64,000 nt of DNA from the NCBI GenBank assembly GCA_937625935.1, contig OW569349.1, positions 248,001 through 312,000 on the forward strand. The letters run 5' to 3'. Origin of the DNA: Tetramitus jugosus (taxonomy: Eukaryota > Protista > Heterolobosea). The stretch's first letter is position 1, and every line of letters begins with the position of its first letter. The notes under the pieces are model-generated. The model was not told the origin of the DNA, ran no database searches, and worked only from the letters and a program-made list of their open reading frames with translations. The position numbers were made by a program, and so were the translations under genes. Of the stretch, positions 22,601 through 32,994 are shown one piece after another.

Positions 22601-24013
22601 TCCTTCAGTTAAAATGAGAGTACACTTATCTGAGGATCTACTACCTGCATCATTTGCATCATCTAATTTAGAAATTCCGGTCAGTCTGACCTTTTTCGAT
22701 CCACTTTGCTTTTTCAACTCAGCACCACTCTTTGACTCTGCAAATCGCAGGACTGCATCTTCGATTCCTAATTTGGTGATTTGTTTCATAAAATCTTCGT
22801 TAATGGTACACTTGGAACCGAATTTTGCAACATTTGTTGTCAAGGCATCCTTTGTTTGCGAGTCAAATGTTGGATTAATGATCAACGAGTTCACAAACAC
22901 AAATAATTGATTCTTGATGTGTTGCGGCTTGATTGGGGCTCCTTTGTTCTTCTTGTTCAGCTTATCCTTCAAGTGCTTAATGATTTGTGTTGTGATATGC
23001 TCAACATGCTTTCCTCCATTCGTTGTACAGATAGAGTTGACAAAACTCACCTGCTGAGGAGTACCATCGGACAATGTTACACCAACAGACCATCGCTCAT
23101 TGACAACTTCATATGCTAACTTCTTCTCAACTGCATACATTTTGACATAGTCCTTGAAAGTTTTAACTTTGAGCTTGGTTCCATTGAGGTACACATTCAC
23201 ATTGGCAGTACCAGCAATATCGTAAACTCTCTTTGACATCAGAGACACAATATCAGAGTCCAACTCTGTCATTCCAAACTTTGCCAAGTCAGGCTTGAAG
23301 GTAACCGATGTGTAATCCTTCACCTTGCAAGATATGATCTTTGGATCTTCTGCAACAGACATGTTTTTCTTCCAAACTTGCTTAAACTTTTTACCCATTT
23401 TGGAATCAACAGTCTCGACAGAGAACTCTGTTGAGAAGATGTTACACAACTTCGCACCATAACCGTTTCTACCACCTGTCACTCTCTTTTGATCATCGTT
23501 AAAGTTATCACCAGTCAACAGCATTCCAAAAATCATTGTTGGAATATGGACTTTGTGTTCACTGTGCTTTTCAATAGGAATACCCTTACCATTGTTCTTC
23601 ACAGTGATTTCATTGGTTTGAGCATCGATGGTGACATCAATGCGGTTCATTTCCTTGTCTCTAATCTTGTTATCAGCAGCATTCACAAGAATTTCATCGA
23701 ATATCTTGTACAAACCAGGCACAAAGCTAATTTCCTTCAAGACCAGCATTTGGCTGTCGTTGTCATAGACCCAGAGCTCCTTCTTCTCAGATTCTACACT
23801 ACCAATGTATGTCTCAGGACGCAAGAGAATATGTTCAATTTGATCAAGCTTCTTGTACCTATTGGAAGCGCTCTCATTTCCTCTACCATCTTCATGCTCT
23901 TCCCAAGCACCTTCATCGTCACTCATATCACCAGAGGCGGCAGCACCTCCTTCATTGTCAGAGTATTCCTCATCAGAGGATTCTGGTTCTTCGACTCTCT
24001 TTCTCTTTGCCAT
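19610..24013 (-). CDS. TOP2: DNA topoisomerase II
   Basis: HILLRPETYIGS, EILVNAADN, GGRNGYGAKL, LILTEGDSA, PLKGK, MADQDHDGSHIKGL, YYKGLGTS, catalytic STRYIFT. Confidence 0.99.
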   Translation of the reverse strand: MAKRKRVEEPESSDEEYSDNEGGAAASGDMSDDEGAWEEHEDGRGNESASNRYKKLDQIEHILLRPETYIGSVESEKKELWVYDNDSQMLVLKEISFVPGLYKIFDEILVNAADNKIRDKEMNRIDVTIDAQTNEITVKNNGKGIPIEKHSEHKVHIPTMIFGMLLTGDNFNDDQKRVTGGRNGYGAKLCNIFSTEFSVETVDSKMGKKFKQVWKKNMSVAEDPKIISCKVKDYTSVTFKPDLAKFGMTELDSDIVSLMSKRVYDIAGTANVNVYLNGTKLKVKTFKDYVKMYAVEKKLAYEVVNERWSVGVTLSDGTPQQVSFVNSICTTNGGKHVEHITTQIIKHLKDKLNKKNKGAPIKPQHIKNQLFVFVNSLIINPTFDSQTKDALTTNVAKFGSKCTINEDFMKQITKLGIEDAVLRFAESKSGAELKKQSGSKKVRLTGISKLDDANDAGSRSSDKCTLILTEGDSAKALAIAGLSVIGRDKYGVFPLKGKPLNVRDCATTKVTSNEEIKALTKILGLQHQKSYTKEELKKLRYGSVMIMADQDHDGSHIKGLIINWIHKFWPSLLQINGFMKEFITPIIKATHKRQKKELSFFSIPQYINWKDNIENINQWEVKYYKGLGTSTAKEAKEYFNNMTQHQKSFKWEGDASQSKIITAFAKDKVEERKKWLAEHKDGTDELDQTQKNVKYSEFFDREFVLFSLADCARSIPSLVDGLKPGQRKILFSCFKRNLTKEIKVAQLSGYVAEHSAYHHGEASLAGTIVNMAQTFVGANNINLLVPSGQFGTRLQGGKDAASTRYIFTKLAKITRTIFQKDDDEILDYLDDDGQKIEPKHYVPVIPLVLVNGSEGIGTAWSTFIPNYNPRDIVDNVKRLIKGEETVDMTPWFKGFEGDTAMLDLNKWETRGKLTKVDSNTIKITELPVRVWTQSYKEQLEKFIEEKKIEEFRENHTDITVSFTISMTDAQMKEAQAKGLDEFFKLSKKLSTTNMTLFAADGSIKTYRSTHEILREFYEVRKQFYINRKEHILSKLQRELDILSNKVRFILAVISGDLVIKQRKKVDILNELKKKKYSLFPKNEKSKVKVAGDVEDTNDDESDEEETNTEIKKLDSGYSYLLSMSLLSLSLEKVKKLEDEKNSKGREIDVLNKTTIEQMWTRDLDQFIDVLTDIEDKETKDEVEYLKKLAKKKGSKVEVRERNATSMNRPAPIIMVKKEKKVRATAVKKETTETKGKQTKLTLKKENEEEEVESDEEEEEDDEVIIKRAKPSRSKRAPAAAKTKVEDDDEEFSGSLLDRLKQKGPSQEVESSMKVDIDLNLTDDDQDDEEDEEEEERPKPKRGRKKDSDDENDDDYDPDDTQLAKKTRSKTTAAKTTKQAPKSKIESQEEDAYYDEESPIKPKQSTKAVAPSPAPITKVISRANKAKRRKVQKNTLDSYLSPVKTSQENTMNVEDGDCEVSLMDDDFE

Positions 24014-24102
24014 GTGTAAAAACAGGATGGTGTTGTGTTTGTTGTGTTGATTTTTCTTCAGCTAAAACTCCAATTTTTATTCGAGCAGATTTTAGAAGAT
24101 TT

Positions 24103-24132
24103 TTTGGCGCGAGGATCAATTTGGCGCGAAAA
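24103..24132. promoter_or_regulatory. Two E2F consensus sites upstream of TOP2
   Basis: TTTGGCGC (24103-24110) and TTTGGCGCGAAA (24120-24131), 90-120 nt upstream of the TOP2 ATG. Confidence 0.7.
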
Positions 24133-24241
24133 TGACGGTTACAAATAATTCATAGAAATAAGATGAAATTTTGTCTGTTTACAATTGTGGAGGTGTGTAT
24201 CGCACCTATCTATCTACATTTTGGTGGGTTGCTCCGTGAGC

Positions 24242-25459
24242 TTAGAACAATACACGAGAGCGAATGCTAAAGTTACACTCCTTGATGGTTGTGTAGAGAT
24301 CTTGACTCAACGGTCCTTCGATATCCAACACCATGTAGCCAATTCTTTTCGTTGTTCCTAATTGTTGTCCTGTAATGTTCGTATCTGCGAGCATACCGTT
24401 GATCGTTTTAAGAACACCAGGCACATTCTTGTGAACATTTAGAATTCTGTGACAGCCTGGATAGTCCACTGGTAGGATGTTGGGGAAGTTGACAGCACCG
24501 ATCGTGTTGCCCTTGTTGATGAATTGAATCATCTTTGCACTCACATCGATTGCAATGTTCTGTTGTGCCTCCAAGGTGGATCCTCCGATATGAGGTGTGA
24601 GAATCGTGTTTGGACAACCTTGCAATGGACTGGTGAAGCCTAGACCATTGACCTTTGGCTCCTTTGGATACACATCGACTGCAGCACCAGCCAAATGTCC
24701 CTCTCTCAACTTTTCTGCCAACGCCTCCACATCGTACACGGATCCACGGGCCAGATTCAAAAAGTAGGATCCCTTCTTCATCAGTCCCAACTCTCGACTG
24801 GTAATCATGTTGTTTGTAGACTCTTCCTTTGGCACGTGAATCGAAACATAGTCAGAAACTCTCAACAACTCGTCCAAGCTACCACATGGCTTTGCATTAC
24901 CCAATGGCAACTTGGCAATGACGTCATAGAACAAGACGTTCATTCCGAGTGATTCAGCCAAGAGACTCACCTGAGAACCCACGTGACCATAACCAATCAC
25001 ACCCACAGTCTTTCCTCTGACTTCATTGCATCCTCGATCAGACTTTTCCCAAACGCCCTTGTGCAAATTGTTGCTATTGTCAGTCAATCGCCTACTCAGA
25101 GCAATAATCTCTGAAATGACCAGTTCAGCCACTGATCTCGTATTGGCAAACGGAGAGTTGAACACTGGGATACCACTCAACTCTGCAAACTCCAAATCGA
25201 CTTGATCCGTACCAATACAGAAACATCCAATGGCCTTTAGCTTCTTGGCAGCCATGATGACCTCTTTTGTGAGCTGTGTCTTACTACGCACACCAATCAA
25301 GTGATAATCACCAACAATCGCGAGTAGTTCCTCCTTGGACAGAGAACCTTTCATGGCTGTAATCTGATAGGTTTCACGTTGGAAGAGCTCGATACCAGTT
25401 GTGTTGACATTTTCGAGCAGAAGGACCTTGATGTTGTTCTTTGGGAATGATGTGATCAT
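24242..25459 (-). CDS. serA: D-3-phosphoglycerate dehydrogenase with C-terminal ACT domain
   Basis: GCFCIGTDQVDL, NSPFANTRSVAEL, GYGHVG, ARG, DVYPKEP, TPHIGGST, ACT HKNVPGVL. Confidence 0.96.
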   Translation of the reverse strand: MITSFPKNNIKVLLLENVNTTGIELFQRETYQITAMKGSLSKEELLAIVGDYHLIGVRSKTQLTKEVIMAAKKLKAIGCFCIGTDQVDLEFAELSGIPVFNSPFANTRSVAELVISEIIALSRRLTDNSNNLHKGVWEKSDRGCNEVRGKTVGVIGYGHVGSQVSLLAESLGMNVLFYDVIAKLPLGNAKPCGSLDELLRVSDYVSIHVPKEESTNNMITSRELGLMKKGSYFLNLARGSVYDVEALAEKLREGHLAGAAVDVYPKEPKVNGLGFTSPLQGCPNTILTPHIGGSTLEAQQNIAIDVSAKMIQFINKGNTIGAVNFPNILPVDYPGCHRILNVHKNVPGVLKTINGMLADTNITGQQLGTTKRIGYMVLDIEGPLSQDLYTTIKECNFSIRSRVLF

Positions 25460-25818
25460 ATTTAAGTATAAGCTATCGTGTTGTTATTGTTGTTGTTGTT
25501 GTTGTTTTGGTTTTGTTGTCGTTGTGAATGTATTGAGAGTTGTTGGTTTGGTTGTTGTTGAAATGCTTTCCAGGCCTGATGATGGAACCAAAATCTGCCA
25601 GCCATGTCATTGCGCTAATTTGCGGCGCGCCTTGAATGTTGTATTTATGTGAATCTTCCTAATTTCCCTTTGATGATTTTACCAGAGAATTTTTCATGAA
25701 CGGACACGTTTTTTGGGCTTTTACCTATTTTTCCGTATTGGCAACCCAAACGATCAACAAACAATATCTTTTTGTCTGTGTGTTGGAATTGACACTTGTC
25801 TTAATTGTCGTCACCACC

Positions 25819-26199
25819 ATGAGGAGGAATTTTTGGGAGGGATTGTCCGTTTCTGTTCTTGGCTTGGTCATTTGGCTCGTTTCCTTCTTGTACAAGAGAG
25901 CCACCACTACGACCAGTGCATCCGCCGACAACAGCCGATCAAAAAACCACAATAACAACAGTGGAGAAGGTGTCGACTCGTTTTTTCATTTTTTGAGATC
26001 GTTTGCGAATCGAGGTGGATTGAAACATGTGTTCCCTGGTGATGACGCGAGAGATACATCTGTTCAATTTGAACTCATCTCGCAAGTCAATTGTACGACG
26101 AGTGTGGGTAAGCCCATCAGTGTGACAGTGAGAAATACGCCACAAGATCGACGAAGAATGCGAATGTTTGGATCGTTCAACGATTATCAATCCTATTGA
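25819..26199 (+). CDS. Small hypothetical protein with an N-terminal TM helix
   Basis: ATG at 25819 followed by a hydrophobic stretch (LSVSVLGLVIWLVSFLY); alternative upstream start at 25696. Confidence 0.5.
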   Translation: MRRNFWEGLSVSVLGLVIWLVSFLYKRATTTTSASADNSRSKNHNNNSGEGVDSFFHFLRSFANRGGLKHVFPGDDARDTSVQFELISQVNCTTSVGKPISVTVRNTPQDRRRMRMFGSFNDYQSY

Positions 26200-26298
26200 T
26201 AGCGCTAATTGAATCAATGTGAGGCTACGTCGCAAAAATACGATTTTTCGAGGAGGAAAGGATTGTTGTTTGGCACAGCAGTGTTTATGGTTATATCA

Positions 26299-28974
26299 TT
26301 AGTAGATGATGGAGTGTTGTTGCACTGATCTCATTTTGTTATACGTGTTCATCAACTGATCATACAGTTGATTCATTTGACGCAATGTAGTGTTGATCAG
26401 TTTGTCATGGTTCATACTGTACCGTATTTCGGTATCAATCGTGTCCTGCAGTGTCAATAGAGAGTTCTGATGAGCAATTAGTGTGTCGAGAGCTGATTGT
26501 GGAATGACAAGTGTTCCTTGCGCGATGGGAGACAGTTTAAATGTTGTTGAACGAGGAGAGACGAGTAGAAGCTTGCTTAATAGGGCCTGCTTGATGAACA
26601 AGAGGGCTTGTTGCGAGCATGAGTGAAGAATCACTTCATAATGATCACTCTGAATGATTCGACGCAATTGAATGGAGACTAGATCGCCCATATGTGTCAT
26701 ATATTTCACACTGGTGCCCATTGATAATCTTAACCGATGCTGTAAATTGCTTTCATGCTTGTTCGACAGTAAAAATTTGAGTGTTTGAATTGTTTTTTGC
26801 GAGTTGCTAGATAATGATTCTTGCTGTGATCCATTGGAATCAAATTGCTGAATGATTTGATACATTTGATTGTCGATTGTTTGTACTGGATCACTGTCAT
26901 CCAGCAGTGAGCTACTGTCAGGCATGCGAACCATGAAATCCCAGCAATCAAGAACGGACTCATGGATCAGCAATGAAAAGCCTTTTTCGTGTTCTGGCAT
27001 TTTAAAGCAAATATAAACGGAGATGTGCGTTGGCGAATAGGAGGGCAAAGTCCTCTGGATCGATTGAGTCCACTCTGAACCGAGCATCAGATTACTCATT
27101 GGAAAACAAAAGTTCTCAGTCTTACGGGAAGTACTGTCATTCGTTGTCGAATCACTGAGAACAATAAAGATATTCCAATGCTTCATTAGCTTGAATCCTG
27201 ATAGATTCTTGATTGAAATATCGATGTACCGCGTGTTTCTTGCACAATGAAAGTCAGCTTCTCGAGCAGTGATCTGAACAGGCATGTTCACACTTTGTTT
27301 TGCTAATGCAAGGATATGCATTGCATTATTCAGAGACTCGATATCGTTGTTAATACTTCGAATGTGTGTCCTATCTAATTCCAACACGTTCTGTGAGTTT
27401 TCAATCAGAGGATAGAGGCGACGAATACCTTGCTGAACATTTATGACACTTAAGGTCGATCCAAGAGTTTTGTCAACACTATCTTTCGTATAATTGTTGC
27501 TACGATAAATTCGACCAATTTGATTCATTGAAATCAAATGATCGTCACTTGATCTACATAATGCAATAGTGTTTTTCGATTGAACAAGTTCTCGGTGATG
27601 TATGAAGCCTGGAGGTAGCCAATTATTAATTCTGTCACTTTCAGAGAGTTGATAAGTGGTTAATGTCATGTGTTCATCCAGAACAACCAAATGATTCCGG
27701 ATGAAAATCGAGTCAACAACATTCTGTGTCGTACTAAATTGCTTATGTATGAATTTTGGATCTTTCTCCCCACCAATTGCATATATGCAACTCATAGACC
27801 CTTTACGACCAACAAAACTCAAAATATTAAGAGAATGAGTTTGAGTTGGATCAGTAGATGATATGCCAATACATTTTACACAGTCCTTCCAATGAAGAAG
27901 CAAGCTAGCATCAGATTGGCCTTGATTTAACTGTAAAAAATAAATCGAACCTGAAGAGGTACCTATAATACAAATGGGTGTTTGAAGCAAGTGAAGATCC
28001 TGTCCAAACAAATACTTGTACAATGAATCGTCAATAAACTGCGCACATCTAATTTTCGCTTTCATCTTGGATTGATCCTCCATTAAGCACTTTGGATACA
28101 CAATAGAAACGCAAGCAATCTCCTTATCAGAAGTCAAACTAGGGTATTGGATTTGAGTTGTTTGAAATTTGATTTTCTTCTTAAATCTGTTCTTTAACGA
28201 TTTCTTAATGTCTGCAATTTCAAAGATAAACGATTGTTCAAAATGGAATGCATAAACAGATATGATCCTTCTGCCCTTTCCCTTTGATTTCGATATGAAT
28301 AATTTCATATCATCAATACTCTTCCCAAAATTGCAAATCATGTGCGAATCGTTAATGATCTCCACAGAAGTCGCGAGTTGCACATTGCATTTCAAATCAT
28401 TCTGATCACTCTCTTCTGTTGAAGTTTTTCTTCGCTTATTAGACGATAGTGAGCTCCTATTTTGATCAAATTCATTGCCCTCCTCTTCCTCATCGTCCAC
28501 TACGATATCATCCTCCAAATCATCAATATCAACAGACAAATCCAATGATCGATTTTGAGTCATATTCTTCTTCGATGTCGATGACTTTACAAGCAGTGAA
28601 CTATTCATTCGTGCTTTACTGCAATCAAATGCATAGTAATACAGTATGCCACTGGTCATTCCAATCAACAACTCACATTCACTTGAATCACCACCATGAC
28701 TTGTTACTGTTTTTAGTATTTCTAGAGAACAAATTGTTTCCTCTTTTTGATGACGACTCATTTTCAACACGAGAATCCGACGATTCTTCTTCAGCACATG
28801 AATCATACTTTGACCAATGTGATTCTGAGTCATCACAAACGTCAATTCAAGATCATTGTCATGAATGAGATTGGTTTTACCATTGGGTCGAATGATGCAC
28901 GGATTATTGAACAAGGATGACGATGACACTTTTCGATCACTTCCATCCTGATCACTCGCAGCAACAAAGGACAT
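26299..28974 (-). CDS. FAAP100: FAAP100-like protein (Fanconi anaemia core complex-associated protein 100), 891 aa
   Basis: Collinear motifs recalled from animal FAAP100: LFGQDLHLLQTPICIIG, central coiled coil ending SLNNAM, IKNLSGFKLMKHW, GFSLLIHESVLD, C-terminal LMNTYNKMR. Start placed at MSFVAAS; the upstream ORF extension overlaps the Elongin A gene and promoter. Confidence 0.68.
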   Translation of the reverse strand: MSFVAASDQDGSDRKVSSSSLFNNPCIIRPNGKTNLIHDNDLELTFVMTQNHIGQSMIHVLKKNRRILVLKMSRHQKEETICSLEILKTVTSHGGDSSECELLIGMTSGILYYYAFDCSKARMNSSLLVKSSTSKKNMTQNRSLDLSVDIDDLEDDIVVDDEEEEGNEFDQNRSSLSSNKRRKTSTEESDQNDLKCNVQLATSVEIINDSHMICNFGKSIDDMKLFISKSKGKGRRIISVYAFHFEQSFIFEIADIKKSLKNRFKKKIKFQTTQIQYPSLTSDKEIACVSIVYPKCLMEDQSKMKAKIRCAQFIDDSLYKYLFGQDLHLLQTPICIIGTSSGSIYFLQLNQGQSDASLLLHWKDCVKCIGISSTDPTQTHSLNILSFVGRKGSMSCIYAIGGEKDPKFIHKQFSTTQNVVDSIFIRNHLVVLDEHMTLTTYQLSESDRINNWLPPGFIHHRELVQSKNTIALCRSSDDHLISMNQIGRIYRSNNYTKDSVDKTLGSTLSVINVQQGIRRLYPLIENSQNVLELDRTHIRSINNDIESLNNAMHILALAKQSVNMPVQITAREADFHCARNTRYIDISIKNLSGFKLMKHWNIFIVLSDSTTNDSTSRKTENFCFPMSNLMLGSEWTQSIQRTLPSYSPTHISVYICFKMPEHEKGFSLLIHESVLDCWDFMVRMPDSSSLLDDSDPVQTIDNQMYQIIQQFDSNGSQQESLSSNSQKTIQTLKFLLSNKHESNLQHRLRLSMGTSVKYMTHMGDLVSIQLRRIIQSDHYEVILHSCSQQALLFIKQALLSKLLLVSPRSTTFKLSPIAQGTLVIPQSALDTLIAHQNSLLTLQDTIDTEIRYSMNHDKLINTTLRQMNQLYDQLMNTYNKMRSVQQHSIIY

Positions 28975-29067
28975 TTTTTGTTTTTTCCCCAATGTGAGTG
29001 AAAACTGAGGATATTGATTCCAGCCGCTTCTGGAACGATATTCCTCTATTTTTAACTTGTCTCTTGT

Positions 29068-29079
29068 TTTGGCGCGAAA
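29068..29079. promoter_or_regulatory. E2F palindromic site in the FAAP100-like/Elongin A bidirectional promoter
   Basis: TTTGGCGCGAAA, about 95 nt upstream of the FAAP100-like ATG. Confidence 0.7.
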
Positions 29080-29134
29080 ATCGAAGCAACAAAAACTCAC
29101 AGAGAGAAAAAAAAGTTGCGACACCGAGAGAGAA

Positions 29135-30498
29135 ATGATGATGAGAAAGCAACAACCACCACCACAACAAGAAGTGGACAACACAAAGAGAAGAGCCGTC
29201 AATGGCACCTTTTTCGATGCCATCAGTGAAGCCAACACAAAAATTCCCCGACTCATGAACATGTGTCTCGATCAATTGCACAGAATGTTGGCTCCCACGA
29301 CGTCGTCACCCAACACTTGGAGAAGAAATTTTGGAAATGATGGAGCATTCTTGAGAAATGTAAGGAATGGACCATGCTTGGACATGATTTTGTCAAAGTG
29401 TGACACGGAACAGTTGAAAATGATTCAAGATATGCATAGAGTATGTTTGATTGATTAATTAATTGATTGTTATGATAACATATGTTAAATGAAACCAACA
29501 CGAAAAAATGAAAGGACGAAGATGTGATATTGGACACGGATGGCATCTGGGAACAATTGTGCTATAAAAAGTGGGGAAAATCAGCGTGCAAGAGCAAACC
29601 GTTGAATGAACTGTGGCAAACGTATTATGAAGATCGATTGCAGCAGGAAGAAGACAGAAGAATCAATGCAAAACGACTTTTGGAACAAGCGAAACAACAG
29701 GAAGAAGGCAAACAGAAGAAGGAACTCAAATCCATGTCCATTCACAGCTCTGCACAGAATGAGAAGAGAATTACGGTGAATAGAGTGGTGAGAGATGTGG
29801 ATGGTAGGAGAGTGCAGAGACAGATGACTACGGTTGTGCATCAGGAACCAGTGAGACGAAAGAGACCTGCGTCTTCTTCTTCATCGTCTTCGTCGTCATC
29901 ATTCTCTTCATCTGGATCATCGAGTGGTAGTCTTGGTGGTGCGGGAAGATCGAGTTTGTGGGCAAAGGCCGAAAGAGACATGGCCACATCGGTCAATACG
30001 TCAACTGGTTTCAAGATGGGATCTACGCCTGGTGTCATGACCATACCAAAGAATCCACACATGCACATGGTGTCACAAGATCTCATGAATGATGATACAA
30101 GACAGGCCAGAGTCATTCGCAGACCACCTGTCATCAATGCTCCAACCACAATTGATCTCTCGAAATCTAGGCCATCAAGTCCAGATCATTTCGATGGCAT
30201 AGAGCCATCACCTGTAACACCAAAGGACATGGATAAGATTTTTGGACGAAAGAGCAGTGGATCCAAGAAATATGACAGTATAAAGAAGAAGACAGACACG
30301 ATGCGAGCTCCGGCACCAAAACGACAACATCCATCAGCCCTGAAACAATCTGAACCAAAGAGGACGCGAAGTGATGATTACATGGCAGCATCCAGACAGA
30401 TACCACCCTCTACTTCAACCACCTCTTCGAGACCTGCGATTAGAAATTCAGAGTTTGGATCGATTAAGATACCCAAGAAGAGAACTCAATCTTCATAA
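29135..30498 (+). CDS. ELOA: Elongin A-like protein; exons 29135-29440 and 29515-30498
   Basis: BC-box IPRLMNMCLDQL, ILSKCDTEQLKMIQ, DTDGIWEQLC, WQTYYEDRL; phase-0 intron GTATGT...AAG 29441-29514. Confidence 0.75.
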
Positions 30499-30548
30499 GA
30501 AATATAAGTATTCAATAAATATTATATTGTAAAAAATTCTACGTATTG

Positions 30549-31520
30549 TTACACTTGCCAATCGATTTCATCTTCACCATTCTTCTTTAGGTATGCATTA
30601 CACTTTGAGAAGTGTTTGCAGCCAAAGAAACCTCTTGTGGCAGAAAGTGGACTGGGGTGAGCACTCTCCAGAACCAAGTGCTTCTTTTTGTCAATTTGCT
30701 TTCCCTTGGCTTGGGCAGGTTTTCCCCACAGGATGAAAACAATTCCCTTCTTTTCCTTGTTCAGCAAGTTGAATGCAGCTTCAGTAAATTGTTCCCAGCC
30801 TTGCTTCTGATGCGAATTGGCAATACTCTTTCTCACTGTGAGCACAGTGTTCAGCAACAATACTCCCTGATCGGCCCATTTGGTCAACGTACCGTGATTA
30901 GGTCTTTTGAATCCCTTGATATCACTCTCCAATTCCTTGTAAATGTTGATCAATGATTTTGGCACAACAACACCTGGTTTGACACTGAATGCCAATCCAT
31001 GTGCAAATCCAGGTGTCTGATATGGATCTTGACCCAAAATCACAACCTTGACCTTGTCCAGTGTGCAGTGATTGAATGCATTGAAAATGTCTTGTTTTGG
31101 TGGGAAGATGCCGTTCTCTCCATGAGCCGTAATCTCTGTTGCCAAATACTTTTTCAACTTTTTAAAGTATGGTTTTTCAAATTCACCCTTGAGCAATTTT
31201 CTCCATGAAGGATCGAGTGCCATCTCAAGCTCATCCATGGAAGTGATTTGCTTGACTCCATTGCCGACAGTGCTTTTGTTACTGCTGCCACTGGAGCTAC
31301 TTGCTTCACTGGACTTTTTCTTGTCCTCTTGTTCAGCTTCCTCTTCTTCTTGTTCTTCCTTTTCTTCCTGCACTTGTTTTGGCTCCACTTTTTGATCTTG
31401 TTGTTGTTCCTGCTCTTCTTCTTCTTCGTCGTCGTCAATGACGCGTTTTCCCTTCTTCTTTTTTGGTTCCTCTGTTGGTTCTGGTCCTGCTTTTCTCTTG
31501 ACTCCAAGGTACTTGTCCAT
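30549..31520 (-). CDS. UNG: Uracil-DNA glycosylase (family 1)
   Basis: VVILGQDPYQ, AHGLAFS, GVLLLNTVLTV, SHQKQGW, HPSPLS; likely start MDKYLG at 31520. Confidence 0.97.
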   Translation of the reverse strand: MDKYLGVKRKAGPEPTEEPKKKKGKRVIDDDEEEEEQEQQQDQKVEPKQVQEEKEEQEEEEAEQEDKKKSSEASSSSGSSNKSTVGNGVKQITSMDELEMALDPSWRKLLKGEFEKPYFKKLKKYLATEITAHGENGIFPPKQDIFNAFNHCTLDKVKVVILGQDPYQTPGFAHGLAFSVKPGVVVPKSLINIYKELESDIKGFKRPNHGTLTKWADQGVLLLNTVLTVRKSIANSHQKQGWEQFTEAAFNLLNKEKKGIVFILWGKPAQAKGKQIDKKKHLVLESAHPSPLSATRGFFGCKHFSKCNAYLKKNGEDEIDWQV

Positions 31521-31599
31521 CTTCACTGTTGTTTGTTGTTCTGATTTCTTCCTTTCTGTTGTTTTGGTATCTGGATTTCTTGTGAAAAGTGGAAATGAA

Positions 31600-31611
31600 T
31601 TGGCGCCAAAA
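31600..31611. promoter_or_regulatory. E2F consensus site upstream of UNG
   Basis: TTGGCGCCAAAA (TTTGGCGC on the minus strand), about 83 nt upstream of the ATG. Confidence 0.65.
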
Positions 31612-31653
31612 CGATGAGGGACTTTTACAGACATTTACAGAAGGAACAGTGTT

Positions 31654-32994
31654 TTATTTGAGTGCCACGGCACTCTCGAAACGAGCCTTCTTCTTGCATT
31701 TTGTTAAGTAACTTGCTTGGGCTGCAGAATTGGCGTTCGTGGAACGCTCTGCATGACTACTCATCCAGTAGTTGTTCATCTTCTTACTGCCCAACTCTTC
31801 ATAGTTCTTCTGGTCTTTCATATCGTCAAGACAGTCTCTCATGTCCTGGATCAGGCCATCACAGAATGAATCCTTCTCAGCAGAAGCAGATGAGTTTTGG
31901 ATGGTGTTGATGGCAGTCGCGAGGATTGTTCGGGCTTCAGAAAGCTTGGAGGAGTTGGCCAATTGTCTGCCAGTCTCTAGGGCGTTCGCACAAATGATAC
32001 GATTCCTTTGTTTGTCCAACACTGTGTTCAGTTGTCTATGGATAGGGATACTTTCTGCTCTTCTGACAGCAACTTGATTTTCCAACGTTGCTTCAGCCAC
32101 TTCAATCACATCAAAATAGTTTACAGTAGACTTGACCAGGACTTGAGAATCGTTAGTTGATCGCACAAGAGGCAACCTCACAGTCAACACCAAATTCTTT
32201 GATTCTTCATAATAAATATCTCCCAGAAACACTTCAATCTTATGATTTGGTAGAATATCTTGCTTCTTGTACGAGATGGACTTGAAGCCCACAATTTCAA
32301 CGCCGTTTCCAATGGTTGACACTGTAATCTTAATGTTTTGAGCAATGACCGAGAGGAGACCTCCGAGACAATCACCAAACGTCTCTGGTATCTTCTCAAC
32401 ACCGTCAATATAATAATAGAGACCATTTCCTGCTTCTGCCACACCTCTAAGCATGTTTGCATCATGATCTGTGCCGAATCCAAAGGTAAACACTGTCGAA
32501 GTATAATCAATATTCTTCAACAGTTTTTGAACCATTGTTACAATTTGTTTCGAATTGGTGACGCCAGTGTTGGCCAATCCATCCGTAAACAACAAAATAC
32601 TGGCCACTTCCGATCTCTGACTTCCACTACTGTTCACTAATCGTTTCTTCATGATATCTAATCCCTCGAGAATGCCACCACTCAAATTGGTACAATTTCC
32701 AGCTTGAACACTTGTTTCGATCATTTGAGTCGCTCTTGTCTTTCCTTGAGCATCCATGCTCGTGAGTGGAAACACAACGTCGACACTCTGATCGAACGTG
32801 ACCAGTGCGATACGATCACTTGACTTTAGTTGAGTCACCATGAACAACAGTGTCTTTCTCATGAGAGTCATCTTATCACCCTTCATGCTCTCTGACTTGT
32901 CAATGACACAGACGAGATCAATGGGAGATCTCTGGTCAATTGAATCTCCGTCACCGTTCGTCGACAGAGATTTGAGTGTGAGCATGACGTCCAT
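31654..32994 (-). CDS. von Willebrand factor A domain protein with C-terminal helical (Vwaint-like) region
   Basis: MIDAS DLVCVIDKSESM, TNLSGG, ILLFTDGLAN, TFGFGTDHD; the true start may lie about 60 nt further upstream. Confidence 0.88.
   Translation of the reverse strand: MDVMLTLKSLSTNGDGDSIDQRSPIDLVCVIDKSESMKGDKMTLMRKTLLFMVTQLKSSDRIALVTFDQSVDVVFPLTSMDAQGKTRATQMIETSVQAGNCTNLSGGILEGLDIMKKRLVNSSGSQRSEVASILLFTDGLANTGVTNSKQIVTMVQKLLKNIDYTSTVFTFGFGTDHDANMLRGVAEAGNGLYYYIDGVEKIPETFGDCLGGLLSVIAQNIKITVSTIGNGVEIVGFKSISYKKQDILPNHKIEVFLGDIYYEESKNLVLTVRLPLVRSTNDSQVLVKSTVNYFDVIEVAEATLENQVAVRRAESIPIHRQLNTVLDKQRNRIICANALETGRQLANSSKLSEARTILATAINTIQNSSASAEKDSFCDGLIQDMRDCLDDMKDQKNYEELGSKKMNNYWMSSHAERSTNANSAAQASYLTKCKKKARFESAVALK

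Noticed and set aside
28975-29262. N-terminal 96 aa of the 987-aa ORF
   Set aside because: Overlaps the Elongin A first exon in antisense and spans the shared promoter with the E2F site; it reads as non-coding. Start moved to 28974.
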